64,000 bases of DNA, from positions 1-64,000 of the forward strand of contig JAVYWK010000006.1 in the NCBI GenBank assembly GCA_038727095.1. The letters are read 5' to 3'. The DNA comes from Thermofilaceae archaeon (GTDB taxonomy: Archaea > Thermoproteota > Thermoprotei > Thermofilales > Thermofilaceae). Positions 34,561 through 42,703 of this stretch are shown in pieces. Every line of letters begins with the position of its first letter. The first letter of the stretch is position 1. Made by a program: the position numbers and the translations under genes. Under the pieces are notes generated by a model, which was not told the origin of the DNA, made no database searches, and saw only the letters and a list, made by a program, of their open reading frames with translations.

Positions 34561-36104
34561 CAGGACACCACCTCCTCCGGGACGATAGGTTCCATCCTCT
34601 CGAAGGGTACGCCGTCAACTCTCGCTCCGAGCCCTTGCTTGATAACCCCGTACACCTTCTCGGCTTCGCTCGCGCCCTCGAGCGAGAGCTGCAGCTCCGG
34701 CGGGAGCATCTGCAGGAAGTCCTCCTCCGGCAAGTACCGCCCAGCCTTGTAGACTGGCACGAAGCCCCTCGCATCTACCACATACACCGCCTGCACCCCG
34801 CGCTGGATCCCGCCCTCCGACGACACCGTTTTCCCGCAGACCACCCAGACTCTCACGGCGTCCAGCACTGAAGCTTGGAGCCCTGTAGCTTGTATGAGCG
34901 TGTTCAACCGCTTCAGCGCATCGCCCAGCTCCCTGCTGTGCGCAGTCGTCAGAACGGGGATGCCGCTGCCGGCCGCCTCGAACCAGCTCGGCACCTCCTC
35001 GCCCCTCAGCTCCCCCACTACCAGGAGGTCCGGCCTGTCGTAGCGCCGAGTTGCCCTAATGTTGGCCGTCACGCTCCTGTCACCGAAAGAAAAGTACGAG
35101 ATGACGTTCGGTCCCCGGACTTGCGTAGCCACCTCAGGCTCCTCCTCAACGATGCTGACCCTCAGTCTGGGCCACAGGCCCAAGATGGTGCTGAGAACAC
35201 CTATGAGAGCGGTGGTCTTGCCAGAGCCCGGGGGGCCGACGAACGTAATGCTGTTAGGCGAAGCGGCTAGTGCAACGAGCCTCGCTAGGAGCAATGGCTC
35301 GGCCTTGAACGGCTCCACTTTAACAACCCTGGCAGCGGAGATCTGCCAGCCCCCGGCCAGCTGCGGCAGTGCGAGGTTCACTCGCCACCCCCTGAACTCG
35401 CCGCTGTCCTGAGGGTTCCTCTCGGACAACGGGATCCCAGCCTCGATCGCGATGCGCTGGACCAGCCTCTCCACCAAGAGCTCCCGGGGCAGCTCGATGG
35501 TGTAGCGCCTCCCCTCGATGCCGGCCGTGATGTGGACCTCCCCGTCCAGCTCCCTAATGAAGATCTCCTGCGTCCCGGGGTAATCCACTAAGGGTTCCAG
35601 CGGCCCCCACGCCCCCTCCCTCTCCGCGTAAACCCTCACCACGCCGTCACCTATGATCAGGTAGCCCGACGGCACCCTGACGGGACTGCCGGCGATGGGG
35701 GGCAGCGGAACTTCAGCCCCCTCCAGCCTCCCAGCCTCGCGGAGCCTTACTCGCGGAACGCGCCACACCCTCCTGAGCGCGGGGGCAAGCCTGGGATGCC
35801 TCACCGCTTGAGCTGGCGTCCCCACCGGTTCTGCCTCAGGTTGAACCGCTTCAGCTTGCGCCTCCATTGCTTCGGGCTGCAGTCCCGTTGTTGCCACACT
35901 TTTAGCGGCGCCCGCGCTCGAAGGGGCAGGCCGCGCTGCGGATATTAGCTCCACCTCCTCTGCACCACGCTCCCCCTCAACACTGGGAGGAGGAGGTTGA
36001 ATTGGAGGCTTCATAGAGATGATCTCCCCTTCAGAGGCTACGCCTAGCTTGTGATGGGGAACCTCCTCGGGCTTGATCTTCAGCTTCACTTTGGTTAGCG
36101 GCAT
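34560..36104 (-). CDS. Type IV pilus assembly ATPase (TadA/CpaF/VirB11 family)
   Basis: Walker A GPPGSGKTT, acidic box VEEEPE, Walker B LLVVGELRG, His box TTAH; low-complexity N-terminal extension. Confidence 0.9.
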   Translation of the reverse strand: MPLTKVKLKIKPEEVPHHKLGVASEGEIISMKPPIQPPPPSVEGERGAEEVELISAARPAPSSAGAAKSVATTGLQPEAMEAQAEAVQPEAEPVGTPAQAVRHPRLAPALRRVWRVPRVRLREAGRLEGAEVPLPPIAGSPVRVPSGYLIIGDGVVRVYAEREGAWGPLEPLVDYPGTQEIFIRELDGEVHITAGIEGRRYTIELPRELLVERLVQRIAIEAGIPLSERNPQDSGEFRGWRVNLALPQLAGGWQISAARVVKVEPFKAEPLLLARLVALAASPNSITFVGPPGSGKTTALIGVLSTILGLWPRLRVSIVEEEPEVATQVRGPNVISYFSFGDRSVTANIRATRRYDRPDLLVVGELRGEEVPSWFEAAGSGIPVLTTAHSRELGDALKRLNTLIQATGLQASVLDAVRVWVVCGKTVSSEGGIQRGVQAVYVVDARGFVPVYKAGRYLPEEDFLQMLPPELQLSLEGASEAEKVYGVIKQGLGARVDGVPFERMEPIVPEEVVS

Positions 36105-36139
36105 GGCTCCACCCTTCCATCCGCTCTCATTACGTCCAG

Positions 36140-36541
36140 CTAGACGCCTAGGGTCCTGAGGACCTTCCTTGCAGCTCGCACCACTTCAAGGCGCCTCTGC
36201 CTCTCCTCTATCTCCTTCACCAGCCTCTGCTCCTCACCGTCCAGCGTCTGTGCATAGACTTTGAGCGATTCAAGCGGCCTCACGTCGTAGCCCAGCTCCT
36301 TCAGCGATTCAACCAGCTGAGCAAACGTAATGGGGTGCGGGACAGTGATGAACTCCTGCGGCCTCGCAGCCGTGGGTTGAGGGGGCTGCGGTGAAGCTGG
36401 GAGCGCGGTAGGCGCCTGAGGAGCAGCTGGCTGAGAGGCAGCTGGGGACGCCGGGGGGTTCGCTCCCTTCAGCCTCTTGTGCTCCTCGAGGAAGTCCCTA
36501 ACCGGTATGTCCCTCTTCTCCCCACCCTTCTTCTCCTGCAC
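36140..36541 (-). CDS. Hypothetical protein with Pro/Ala/Gln linker and C-terminal coiled coil
   Basis: Lies between the MinD/ParA-like gene and the pilus ATPase. Confidence 0.6.
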   Translation of the reverse strand: MQEKKGGEKRDIPVRDFLEEHKRLKGANPPASPAASQPAAPQAPTALPASPQPPQPTAARPQEFITVPHPITFAQLVESLKELGYDVRPLESLKVYAQTLDGEEQRLVKEIEERQRRLEVVRAARKVLRTLGV

Positions 36542-36565
36542 GGAGTTATTGCGATACTTGAGTAC

Positions 36566-37249
36566 TTATTTCTTTCGGAGGAGAAGGTGGGCCAGCTTAG
36601 CTATGGCGGCGTCGAACTCGCCGCTCGTGTAGTTCAGGACCCTCAGCGTGCCGGGACCAAGCCTTGATACGGCCGGCTCGTAGGGTACAACGACGTAGTC
36701 TGCGCCAGCCTTTTTGCACCAGTAGGCCACGGTCTTCGAGTAGTAGTCGACCACGCTCTTCGGGTAGGGGCGGGGGCAGTTCAAGGCGACGACGACACGC
36801 TTATCAGCAAAAGTGAACAGCGAACCCTCAACGGAAGCTGGGTTTGGCTCTGTAACAACTAGGATCGAATCTGCCTCCAGAATTAGGGGAAGATAGCGGT
36901 CCACAGCGTCAACATCCGTTAAAGCGGGGATGTCTACCACGACTAGCGCGTAGCGCTGTAACCATGTGCGTAGAGCGTTTATTACCCGCTCTGGTGAGCG
37001 CAACGGGCCCCTGTTAACCGCAACTGTCAGCCTGAAATTGTCGTGCTCCACCTCCCTTAGGGATGCATCGGGATCATCCCTCAGGTAGGGAGGAGGGGTG
37101 TCACCCAACAAGTATACTGTAGCACCGCCCTCACTGCTAGCATCAACGAGCAGAGTGGGGACGCTAGCAGCCGCCGTTACGGAAAGAGAAACAGCTAGGG
37201 TTGTTTTACCCGTGCCACCCTTGGAGCCGCTAAACGTTACTATGAGCAC
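36566..37249 (-). CDS. MinD/ParA-family ATPase; start probably GTG at 37249
   Basis: Deviant Walker A GSKGGTGKTT, LLVDA, VVVDIPA, LVVTEP motifs. Confidence 0.85.
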   Translation of the reverse strand: MLIVTFSGSKGGTGKTTLAVSLSVTAAASVPTLLVDASSEGGATVYLLGDTPPPYLRDDPDASLREVEHDNFRLTVAVNRGPLRSPERVINALRTWLQRYALVVVDIPALTDVDAVDRYLPLILEADSILVVTEPNPASVEGSLFTFADKRVVVALNCPRPYPKSVVDYYSKTVAYWCKKAGADYVVVPYEPAVSRLGPGTLRVLNYTSGEFDAAIAKLAHLLLRKK

Positions 37250-37282
37250 GATTTCAAAGGATATTATAACTAATTTAAGCTT

Positions 37283-37338
37283 TACTCGGCGAGTATCGGG
37301 ATAGTACAGCACCGTAGTAAGGATGCTACACCGTAGTA
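37283..37338. promoter_or_regulatory. Palindrome plus direct repeats between divergent promoters (candidate operator/centromere-like site)
   Basis: TACTCG-G-CGAGTA at 37283-37295; CACCGTAGTA at 37310-37319 and 37329-37338; TATA-like tracts at 37271-37280 (-) and 37367-37377 (+). Confidence 0.5.
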
Positions 37339-37396
37339 CTAATATCGCTATGTTGTATATGGTAAACTTTATATATAGCTGCTGGCCATTTCGCTT

Positions 37397-37735
37397 GTGA
37401 GCGAAAAGAAAGGCTCAAACCCAAATGAGAATACTGTTGATGATGAAATAGTAAAAGAATTAATTCTAAGTGGGCGCCATTCTCAGATGGTTGTGCTTGT
37501 ATTTTTATATAAAGTTGGTAAAGCCACTTTGTCAGACATACAACGAGCTTTAACGGGAGGAAAGTATCGAGCTCAGTATAATTGGACCTTGAGTGTTATA
37601 AGCGAGTTAAAAAACTTAGATCTTATATATGAAGATCAAATCTTTATTAAAGAAAAAATAAGAGTTAGATTATTTGATTTAACAGAAAAGGGTAGAAGGA
37701 TAGCAAGAAAGCTCAGCGAGATCTTACAATTGTAA
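37397..37735 (+). CDS. Winged-helix DNA-binding protein (PadR/MarR/AspA-like)
   Basis: ATLSDIQRAL...ISELKNLDLI...RLFDLTEKGRRIA wHTH pattern; AT-rich coding. Confidence 0.75.
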   Translation: MSEKKGSNPNENTVDDEIVKELILSGRHSQMVVLVFLYKVGKATLSDIQRALTGGKYRAQYNWTLSVISELKNLDLIYEDQIFIKEKIRVRLFDLTEKGRRIARKLSEILQL

Positions 37736-37777
37736 CGCCATAGAAATTTTAAAATACTCCCGCGCCTTTGCCCACCG

Positions 37778-38668
37778 ATGTCGTCAGTGAGCTTAATTCC
37801 AATTGAAAAGCTGTTCCCCTCTTCAGCCAACGTGAGGCTGTACGTCTCACCGGAGGCTGTGAGCAAGCTGGCGGAGGACATAGCCATGAGGGGCCTTCTG
37901 CACCCCCTGATCGTAAGGCCTGAAGGAAGCGGCTACGGCGTCGTCTGCGGCCGCATGCGGCTCGAAGCGATAAGGCTCCTGAAGAAGGAAAAACCAGAAG
38001 TCTTCGAGAAGCTATTTCCGCAGGGTATACCCTGTGTAGTGAAGGAGCTGAGCGACACGGAGGCCCTCGAGTTGTCTCTCAGCGAGAACTTGAGGCAGAA
38101 CACTTTGACACCGGAGGAGCGCGGCAGGGGTTTAGCTAGGCTCTACGAGATGGGCGCGAGCGAGGACGAGATCGCCGCAAGGCTACAGGTTGAGCTGGAG
38201 GAGATCAAGCGGTTCGTCCGCTTGTACGCGCGGTTGAGGGAGATCGCCCCCGTCGTAGCCGAGTCAAAGCCCGGTAGACCACGTGAAACCAAACCTAAAA
38301 AGAGGGTAAGTAGGACCGGTATGGTAAAAGTTGTGCGAGCGATTGAGGACCTCGCAGCACGTGGCGTGTTGAGGGAACCAGAGGAAACAGTGAGGAAGAT
38401 AGCGGATTTAGCGGCGGAGAGAGGGCTAAGCACGAGTGAACTGGACATACTGGCTAGAAGGCTTAGAGAAAAACCTGAACTTGTACAAACACCCGAAAAG
38501 CTAGTGGAGGAGATATCAAGAGAGGAGATGGTGGAACGCGTAGTGCTCCTAAAGCGTCATGTTGTGGAGTACGTAGAGGCCTGGGCGAGCGAACGAGGTT
38601 TAACTTTTAGCGAGGCGCTCAACGAGATCATCGGTGAGTTCATCAGCCTGAAAAGGGCGGCAGCTTAA
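37778..38668 (+). CDS. parB: ParB/Srx-family protein with HTH and C-terminal RHH-like segment
   Basis: IPIEKL.P...NVR, GLLHPLIVR, VVCGRMRLEA, SENL...LTPEE; C-terminal VVLLKRHVVEYVEAWASERGLTFSEALNEII. Confidence 0.85.
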   Translation: MSSVSLIPIEKLFPSSANVRLYVSPEAVSKLAEDIAMRGLLHPLIVRPEGSGYGVVCGRMRLEAIRLLKKEKPEVFEKLFPQGIPCVVKELSDTEALELSLSENLRQNTLTPEERGRGLARLYEMGASEDEIAARLQVELEEIKRFVRLYARLREIAPVVAESKPGRPRETKPKKRVSRTGMVKVVRAIEDLAARGVLREPEETVRKIADLAAERGLSTSELDILARRLREKPELVQTPEKLVEEISREEMVERVVLLKRHVVEYVEAWASERGLTFSEALNEIIGEFISLKRAAA

Positions 38669-38684
38669 CTCGGGTGACCCATTT

Positions 38685-39503
38685 GTGTCTATACTCGCTG
38701 ACTCGATACTCGAAATCCTCGAGGAGAAGGGACAAGTAGCTGTTATCGGAAGTCATCCCGGGTTTAGAGAGAAAGTTATCGCTAATACGATCCAAGCCGC
38801 CGCTAAAGCTTATGGAGTGATCGCGGTCATTGATTGGTACGGAGCGTACAACGTAGATGCGATACAAACTGTTGAGCCGACTTTACCTTACAGTAGCACA
38901 GCAAAATACCTCCCGCTCGCCGTCTCCTCAATGCACGGCCTCTATAGGATTGGAGCATTAGTAGAGGGGCTTGTGTACGAAGCTGTGCAAAGTTCCGATA
39001 GTTTCCACCAAGTAGTATCGCGACTCGAAGCTCTTTCTACACGAAGAGTTTGGGCGCGCACGATCCTTTCAAAAATAGCGCTATTGAAAGATTATTTTGT
39101 AGAAAACATCATCCTACCGACTAAGTTTCGAGTAAACCTATTCAAGGCGCCGGTTTTGATCAGACGCCCCCTTTCTCAGCTTTGGGTAGCTCTCGTAAGT
39201 GAAACAGTAGCAGCGCAGAAAGGTTTGCTTGTTGTGAGTGAAGCTGGACGTGCGATTAAGCGTGGCTGGTGGGTCTGGAGTCTCATCGACGATGCTAGAG
39301 TAAGAGGGGCTAGGGTTTTACTAGCCGATAGTCGTCTCCTTAGAGCCTACCTGCAAAACGCTCTTGTTTTCACGGATTACAGGCCTGAAGAAGCACTGGC
39401 GGCACAAAGGTATAGGTTGCAAATACTGACTAAGAAGTGGGTGAAGGGGAAAGCCCTGCTGGTTAAAGATCCTGAAGAACCACGCTTACTCAATATAGAG
39501 TAG
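38685..39503 (+). CDS. Inactivated HerA/VirB4/VirD4-like P-loop protein
   Basis: VAVIGSHPGFREK (broken Walker A), VIDWYGAY, LLVVSEA (broken Walker B), DARVRGARVLLADS. Confidence 0.6.
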   Translation: MSILADSILEILEEKGQVAVIGSHPGFREKVIANTIQAAAKAYGVIAVIDWYGAYNVDAIQTVEPTLPYSSTAKYLPLAVSSMHGLYRIGALVEGLVYEAVQSSDSFHQVVSRLEALSTRRVWARTILSKIALLKDYFVENIILPTKFRVNLFKAPVLIRRPLSQLWVALVSETVAAQKGLLVVSEAGRAIKRGWWVWSLIDDARVRGARVLLADSRLLRAYLQNALVFTDYRPEEALAAQRYRLQILTKKWVKGKALLVKDPEEPRLLNIE

Positions 39504-39509
39504 AGAATT

Positions 39510-39628
39510 TGGCGGGCCCGCCGGGATTCGAACCCGGGATTTCCGTGCGGTTCGATAGGCCGCTCTCCGGCTTAGGAGGCCTACGCAGCCTTGCGGCTTC
39601 GGCGCCTTTCCAGCTAGGCCACGGGCCC
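39510..39628 (-). tRNA. tRNA-Arg(CCT) with two non-canonical introns and encoded CCA
   Basis: Acceptor GGGCCCG/CGGGCCC, D arm GCCT/AGGC, anticodon arm CCGGC-CTCCTAA-GCCGG after removing 19 nt, T arm CCGGG-TTCGAAT-CCCGG; a second 24-nt insert in the variable region; 119-43 = 76 nt. Confidence 0.93.
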
Positions 39629-39635
39629 TTTTAGA

Positions 39636-39684
39636 GGGTCCTCAGCTGAGGGCGCGCATTAGCGCGCCGATCTTCATCGGACCC
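39636..39684 (-). ncRNA. C/D-like K-turn small RNA immediately upstream of tRNA-Arg
   Basis: Terminal stem GGGTCC/GGACCC enclosing C-like box ATGAAGA and D box CTGA, internal hairpin GGCGCGC-TAAT-GCGCGCC; TTAAAT at 39707-39712 on the minus strand. Confidence 0.6.
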
Positions 39685-39737
39685 GTGAGGGACACTAAGC
39701 ATTTAGATTTAAGCCTTGCTCTAACCATCTGACACGC

Positions 39738-41972
39738 ATGAAATCGAGGTTTCTGGTGGTGATCCTCGCAGCGGTGTTGACCGTAGGAGTAACCGTGTTA
39801 TATGTCAGGCTCAGTACTCATGATGTAATGGCGCGGCACCCGGTGCGGGTTGAGATGACCGAGCCTCTGCCTCAGGTAGTAGAGCTTTACTCACCAGTAG
39901 AGATTATTTTGAATGTTACGGCCTACTACGCTAACCCCTTCGATCCGAGCGATATCGATGTGGTAATGGTACTAAGAACGCCTGAAGGTGAGGTTATCAC
40001 TGTACCTGCATTCTACTACCAGGAATTTAGGAGGAGCTTAGTATCGGGGGTTGAGCAGTTGGTAGCGGTTGGCACGCCGGCTTGGAAGATTCGATACACA
40101 CCCAGTAAAGTTGGTCGTCACGAGTTTTCCATCGAGGTGAAGACGCGCTCGGGAGATGGTGCCAAAGCAGGGCCGTACTACTTCGATGTGATCCCCTCCG
40201 GTAAAAGAGGGTTCGTGAGAGTTGCAGAGGACCAACAGTATTTCATCTTTGATGACGGAAGCTCGCAGTTTTTCATAGGGCTGAATGTATGCTGGTCGGG
40301 TAACAGGGGGACCTACGACTATGATGAGTGGTTCAAAGCCCTATCGATGGCGGGGGTGAACCTGGTGAGAATATGGATGGCGCCTTGGAGATTCGGGATA
40401 GAGTGGAGGGAGCTGGGCCGCTACGATCTCAGAGAGGCTTGGAGGCTCGACTACGTGGTCAAGCTGGCTGAGACGTACGACATCTACATCATCCTATGTC
40501 TCATGAACCACGGTCAACTCTCGACTTCAGTCAACCCTCAGTGGAGCGAGAATCCGTATAATAAAGCTAGGGGAGGCCCTCTTGCTAAGCCGGAGGAGTT
40601 CTGGACTAACGAGGAGGCGAGGGAGCTCTTTAAGAGGAGGTTGAGGTACATAGTCGCTAGATGGGGCTACTCAACCCACATCCTAGCCTGGGAATTGTGG
40701 AACGAGGTGGACCTAACCGACAATTACGAGGCCGTGAGAGAGGAGGTGGCACAGTGGCACAAAGAGATGGCGGAGTACATCAAAGGCATCGATCCGTACA
40801 AGCGACCAGTTACTACGAGCTTCGCGAACCCCAACCTCGACCCCCTAATCTGGTCGTTAGACTCGATAGATTTCACCACCGTCCACAAGTACGGCCCAGA
40901 GGGGTTCCAGGATCTCCCTGGGACGCTCTACAGCCTAGTTGTTAAAAAGAGGGAGATACACAGAAAACCCGTACTGGTTGCAGAGTTCGGCATTGATTGG
41001 AGATGGTGGGACACCCCCCTCTACCTCCACGATAGAGAGGGCGTGGGGCTTCATGATGGCCTCTGGGCAGCCATAATGGCTGGCTCACCGGCTACAGGGA
41101 TGTCGTGGTGGTGGGACAATTACATACACCCATACAACCTCTATTACCACTTCAAAGCGATCTCCGAGTTCCTGAAAGGGGTGCAACCTGCCGGCTTAGG
41201 TCTCAGGACACTTGAGGCGACCGTAACTTCGCTGGCGGCGGAGCCTGGCGTAACGGATGTAACAGTATTCCCATCGCTAGGCTGGGCTAGGCCAGCCTCC
41301 AACTACTTCGTCATCAAGCTTGACGGGACGATCGAGGGTGATACAACTCAAATCCCCGCGTTCATTCAGGGGAGAGCGCACCCCACACTAAGGAACAACC
41401 CAACCTTTAGGGCTACTTTCCCGCAGGGTGGTAGAGTAGTCGTTAGAGTCAACTCCGTTTCCAGAGCCGGAGCCCGGCTGGCTATCTACTTAAACAACGA
41501 GCTCGTCAAACAGGTGGATCTACCCGACCGTGACGGCAAGTACGATGCTTTCGTGAGGGAATACGACTTGGACGTCGCAGTCGACGTACCACCTGGCACT
41601 CACGAAGTTAGGATAGACAACTTGGGGGCTGATTGGTACACGATCGATTACTTGCGCTTTGAAGGAGCGGCACTTGCTACGGCAAAGGTTAGAGTATCCG
41701 GCCTGACCAACGGAACTTTAGTCCTAGCCTGGGTTAAGAACGTCGAGTGGAGCTGGTGGAACATCTTGAATAATAAGAGTGTTGAGCCAGCTAGAAGCCT
41801 AGTAGTAACTATGCATGGGCTGCAAGATGGCCTATACAGAGTGGATCTCTTCGATACAAGATCGGGTTCGGTTGTGCGATCGTGGACGGCCGAAGCCAAG
41901 GATGGAGTGATGGAGGTTTACGTAGGCGACGTAACTGACGACATCGCAGTTCGCGCCGTAAAGGTGGGATGA
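39738..41972 (+). CDS. Membrane-anchored extracellular GH5-like glycoside hydrolase with N-terminal Ig-like (DUF5060-like) domain
   Basis: N-terminal TM, NPFDP motif, WELWNE acid/base, VLVAEFG nucleophile, C-terminal beta-sandwich domains. Confidence 0.8.
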   Translation: MKSRFLVVILAAVLTVGVTVLYVRLSTHDVMARHPVRVEMTEPLPQVVELYSPVEIILNVTAYYANPFDPSDIDVVMVLRTPEGEVITVPAFYYQEFRRSLVSGVEQLVAVGTPAWKIRYTPSKVGRHEFSIEVKTRSGDGAKAGPYYFDVIPSGKRGFVRVAEDQQYFIFDDGSSQFFIGLNVCWSGNRGTYDYDEWFKALSMAGVNLVRIWMAPWRFGIEWRELGRYDLREAWRLDYVVKLAETYDIYIILCLMNHGQLSTSVNPQWSENPYNKARGGPLAKPEEFWTNEEARELFKRRLRYIVARWGYSTHILAWELWNEVDLTDNYEAVREEVAQWHKEMAEYIKGIDPYKRPVTTSFANPNLDPLIWSLDSIDFTTVHKYGPEGFQDLPGTLYSLVVKKREIHRKPVLVAEFGIDWRWWDTPLYLHDREGVGLHDGLWAAIMAGSPATGMSWWWDNYIHPYNLYYHFKAISEFLKGVQPAGLGLRTLEATVTSLAAEPGVTDVTVFPSLGWARPASNYFVIKLDGTIEGDTTQIPAFIQGRAHPTLRNNPTFRATFPQGGRVVVRVNSVSRAGARLAIYLNNELVKQVDLPDRDGKYDAFVREYDLDVAVDVPPGTHEVRIDNLGADWYTIDYLRFEGAALATAKVRVSGLTNGTLVLAWVKNVEWSWWNILNNKSVEPARSLVVTMHGLQDGLYRVDLFDTRSGSVVRSWTAEAKDGVMEVYVGDVTDDIAVRAVKVG

Positions 41973-42668
41973 TTGTTTTCTAGGTATGCAGCCTTGGTTA
42001 AGAACCTAAGAGGCGTTGTACTGCTGAACCCTAATGAGGAAGGTGCTTTAGATACGGTAAAATGGTTATCTAAAAGATTCAAATATAGAAACCTTGGGTT
42101 GACCCCCTCGTCTGTGAAAGCTCTTGGCGGCAGAGTCTTTAGACCCTTCAGGGAGCTGACGTACCCGGTAAAGCCGTTAGAGGCTCTTGTAGCCTCGCTC
42201 TGCCGGAGAGGGATGCCCCCAGAGATCTCTGAGCTGCTAGTTTTTGCCTCATCATATGCCTCTCCCGCGCTACTCGTCGGATCAACGTACGTAAGTGCAC
42301 TTGAAGAAATCAAGGTTGACGAGGTCAGGGTTTGTGGGAATCTGAGCGTGTCGGATTGGAAGCTGCACTTACGAATTGCAGATTACACTGTTCTCGACAT
42401 GTATGATGTATGTGTCGAAGAGGCGCTCACGGTTCTCAGGGATCCGAGCGTTCTCCCCAGGATAACCGCGGGAAGGAGGGAGAGGGTAGCTAAAGATAAG
42501 AGGCGTTATTGGAGGATCGCTTGCGAGAGCGGATCCCCTCTCATCATCTACATCGACAACCTCTCGGTTGCAGCGAAACTGGGGGTGTTTGAGGGAGAAA
42601 TTTATGAGGATTGGGCGGCGGCGCTCAGCGTGGTAGCCGTGGTCTGCATTCCAGCCGGGCTGGGGTAG
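41973..42668 (+). CDS. Hypothetical protein
   Basis: 231-aa ORF abutting upstream gene, host-like codon usage. Confidence 0.65.
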   Translation: MFSRYAALVKNLRGVVLLNPNEEGALDTVKWLSKRFKYRNLGLTPSSVKALGGRVFRPFRELTYPVKPLEALVASLCRRGMPPEISELLVFASSYASPALLVGSTYVSALEEIKVDEVRVCGNLSVSDWKLHLRIADYTVLDMYDVCVEEALTVLRDPSVLPRITAGRRERVAKDKRRYWRIACESGSPLIIYIDNLSVAAKLGVFEGEIYEDWAAALSVVAVVCIPAGLG

Positions 42669-42703
42669 CGAAAAGTACTTCCCCTCCTCCTCGAACTCAG
42701 CGC

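Noticed and set aside
30151-36104. Archaellum operon
   Set aside because: No ArlH (KaiC-like) or ArlF/G genes recognised; pilins are short and the ATPase is TadA/CpaF-like
12000-39510. Active integrative element with attL/attR at tRNA-Arg
   Set aside because: I found no second copy of the tRNA 3' end by eye and no intact integrase or relaxase, so it is not called a mobile element
39662-39670. 7-nt complementarity (TCGGCGC) between the upstream K-turn RNA and the pre-tRNA exon/intron junction
   Set aside because: Too short and GC-rich to distinguish from chance, and mostly sequestered in a hairpin
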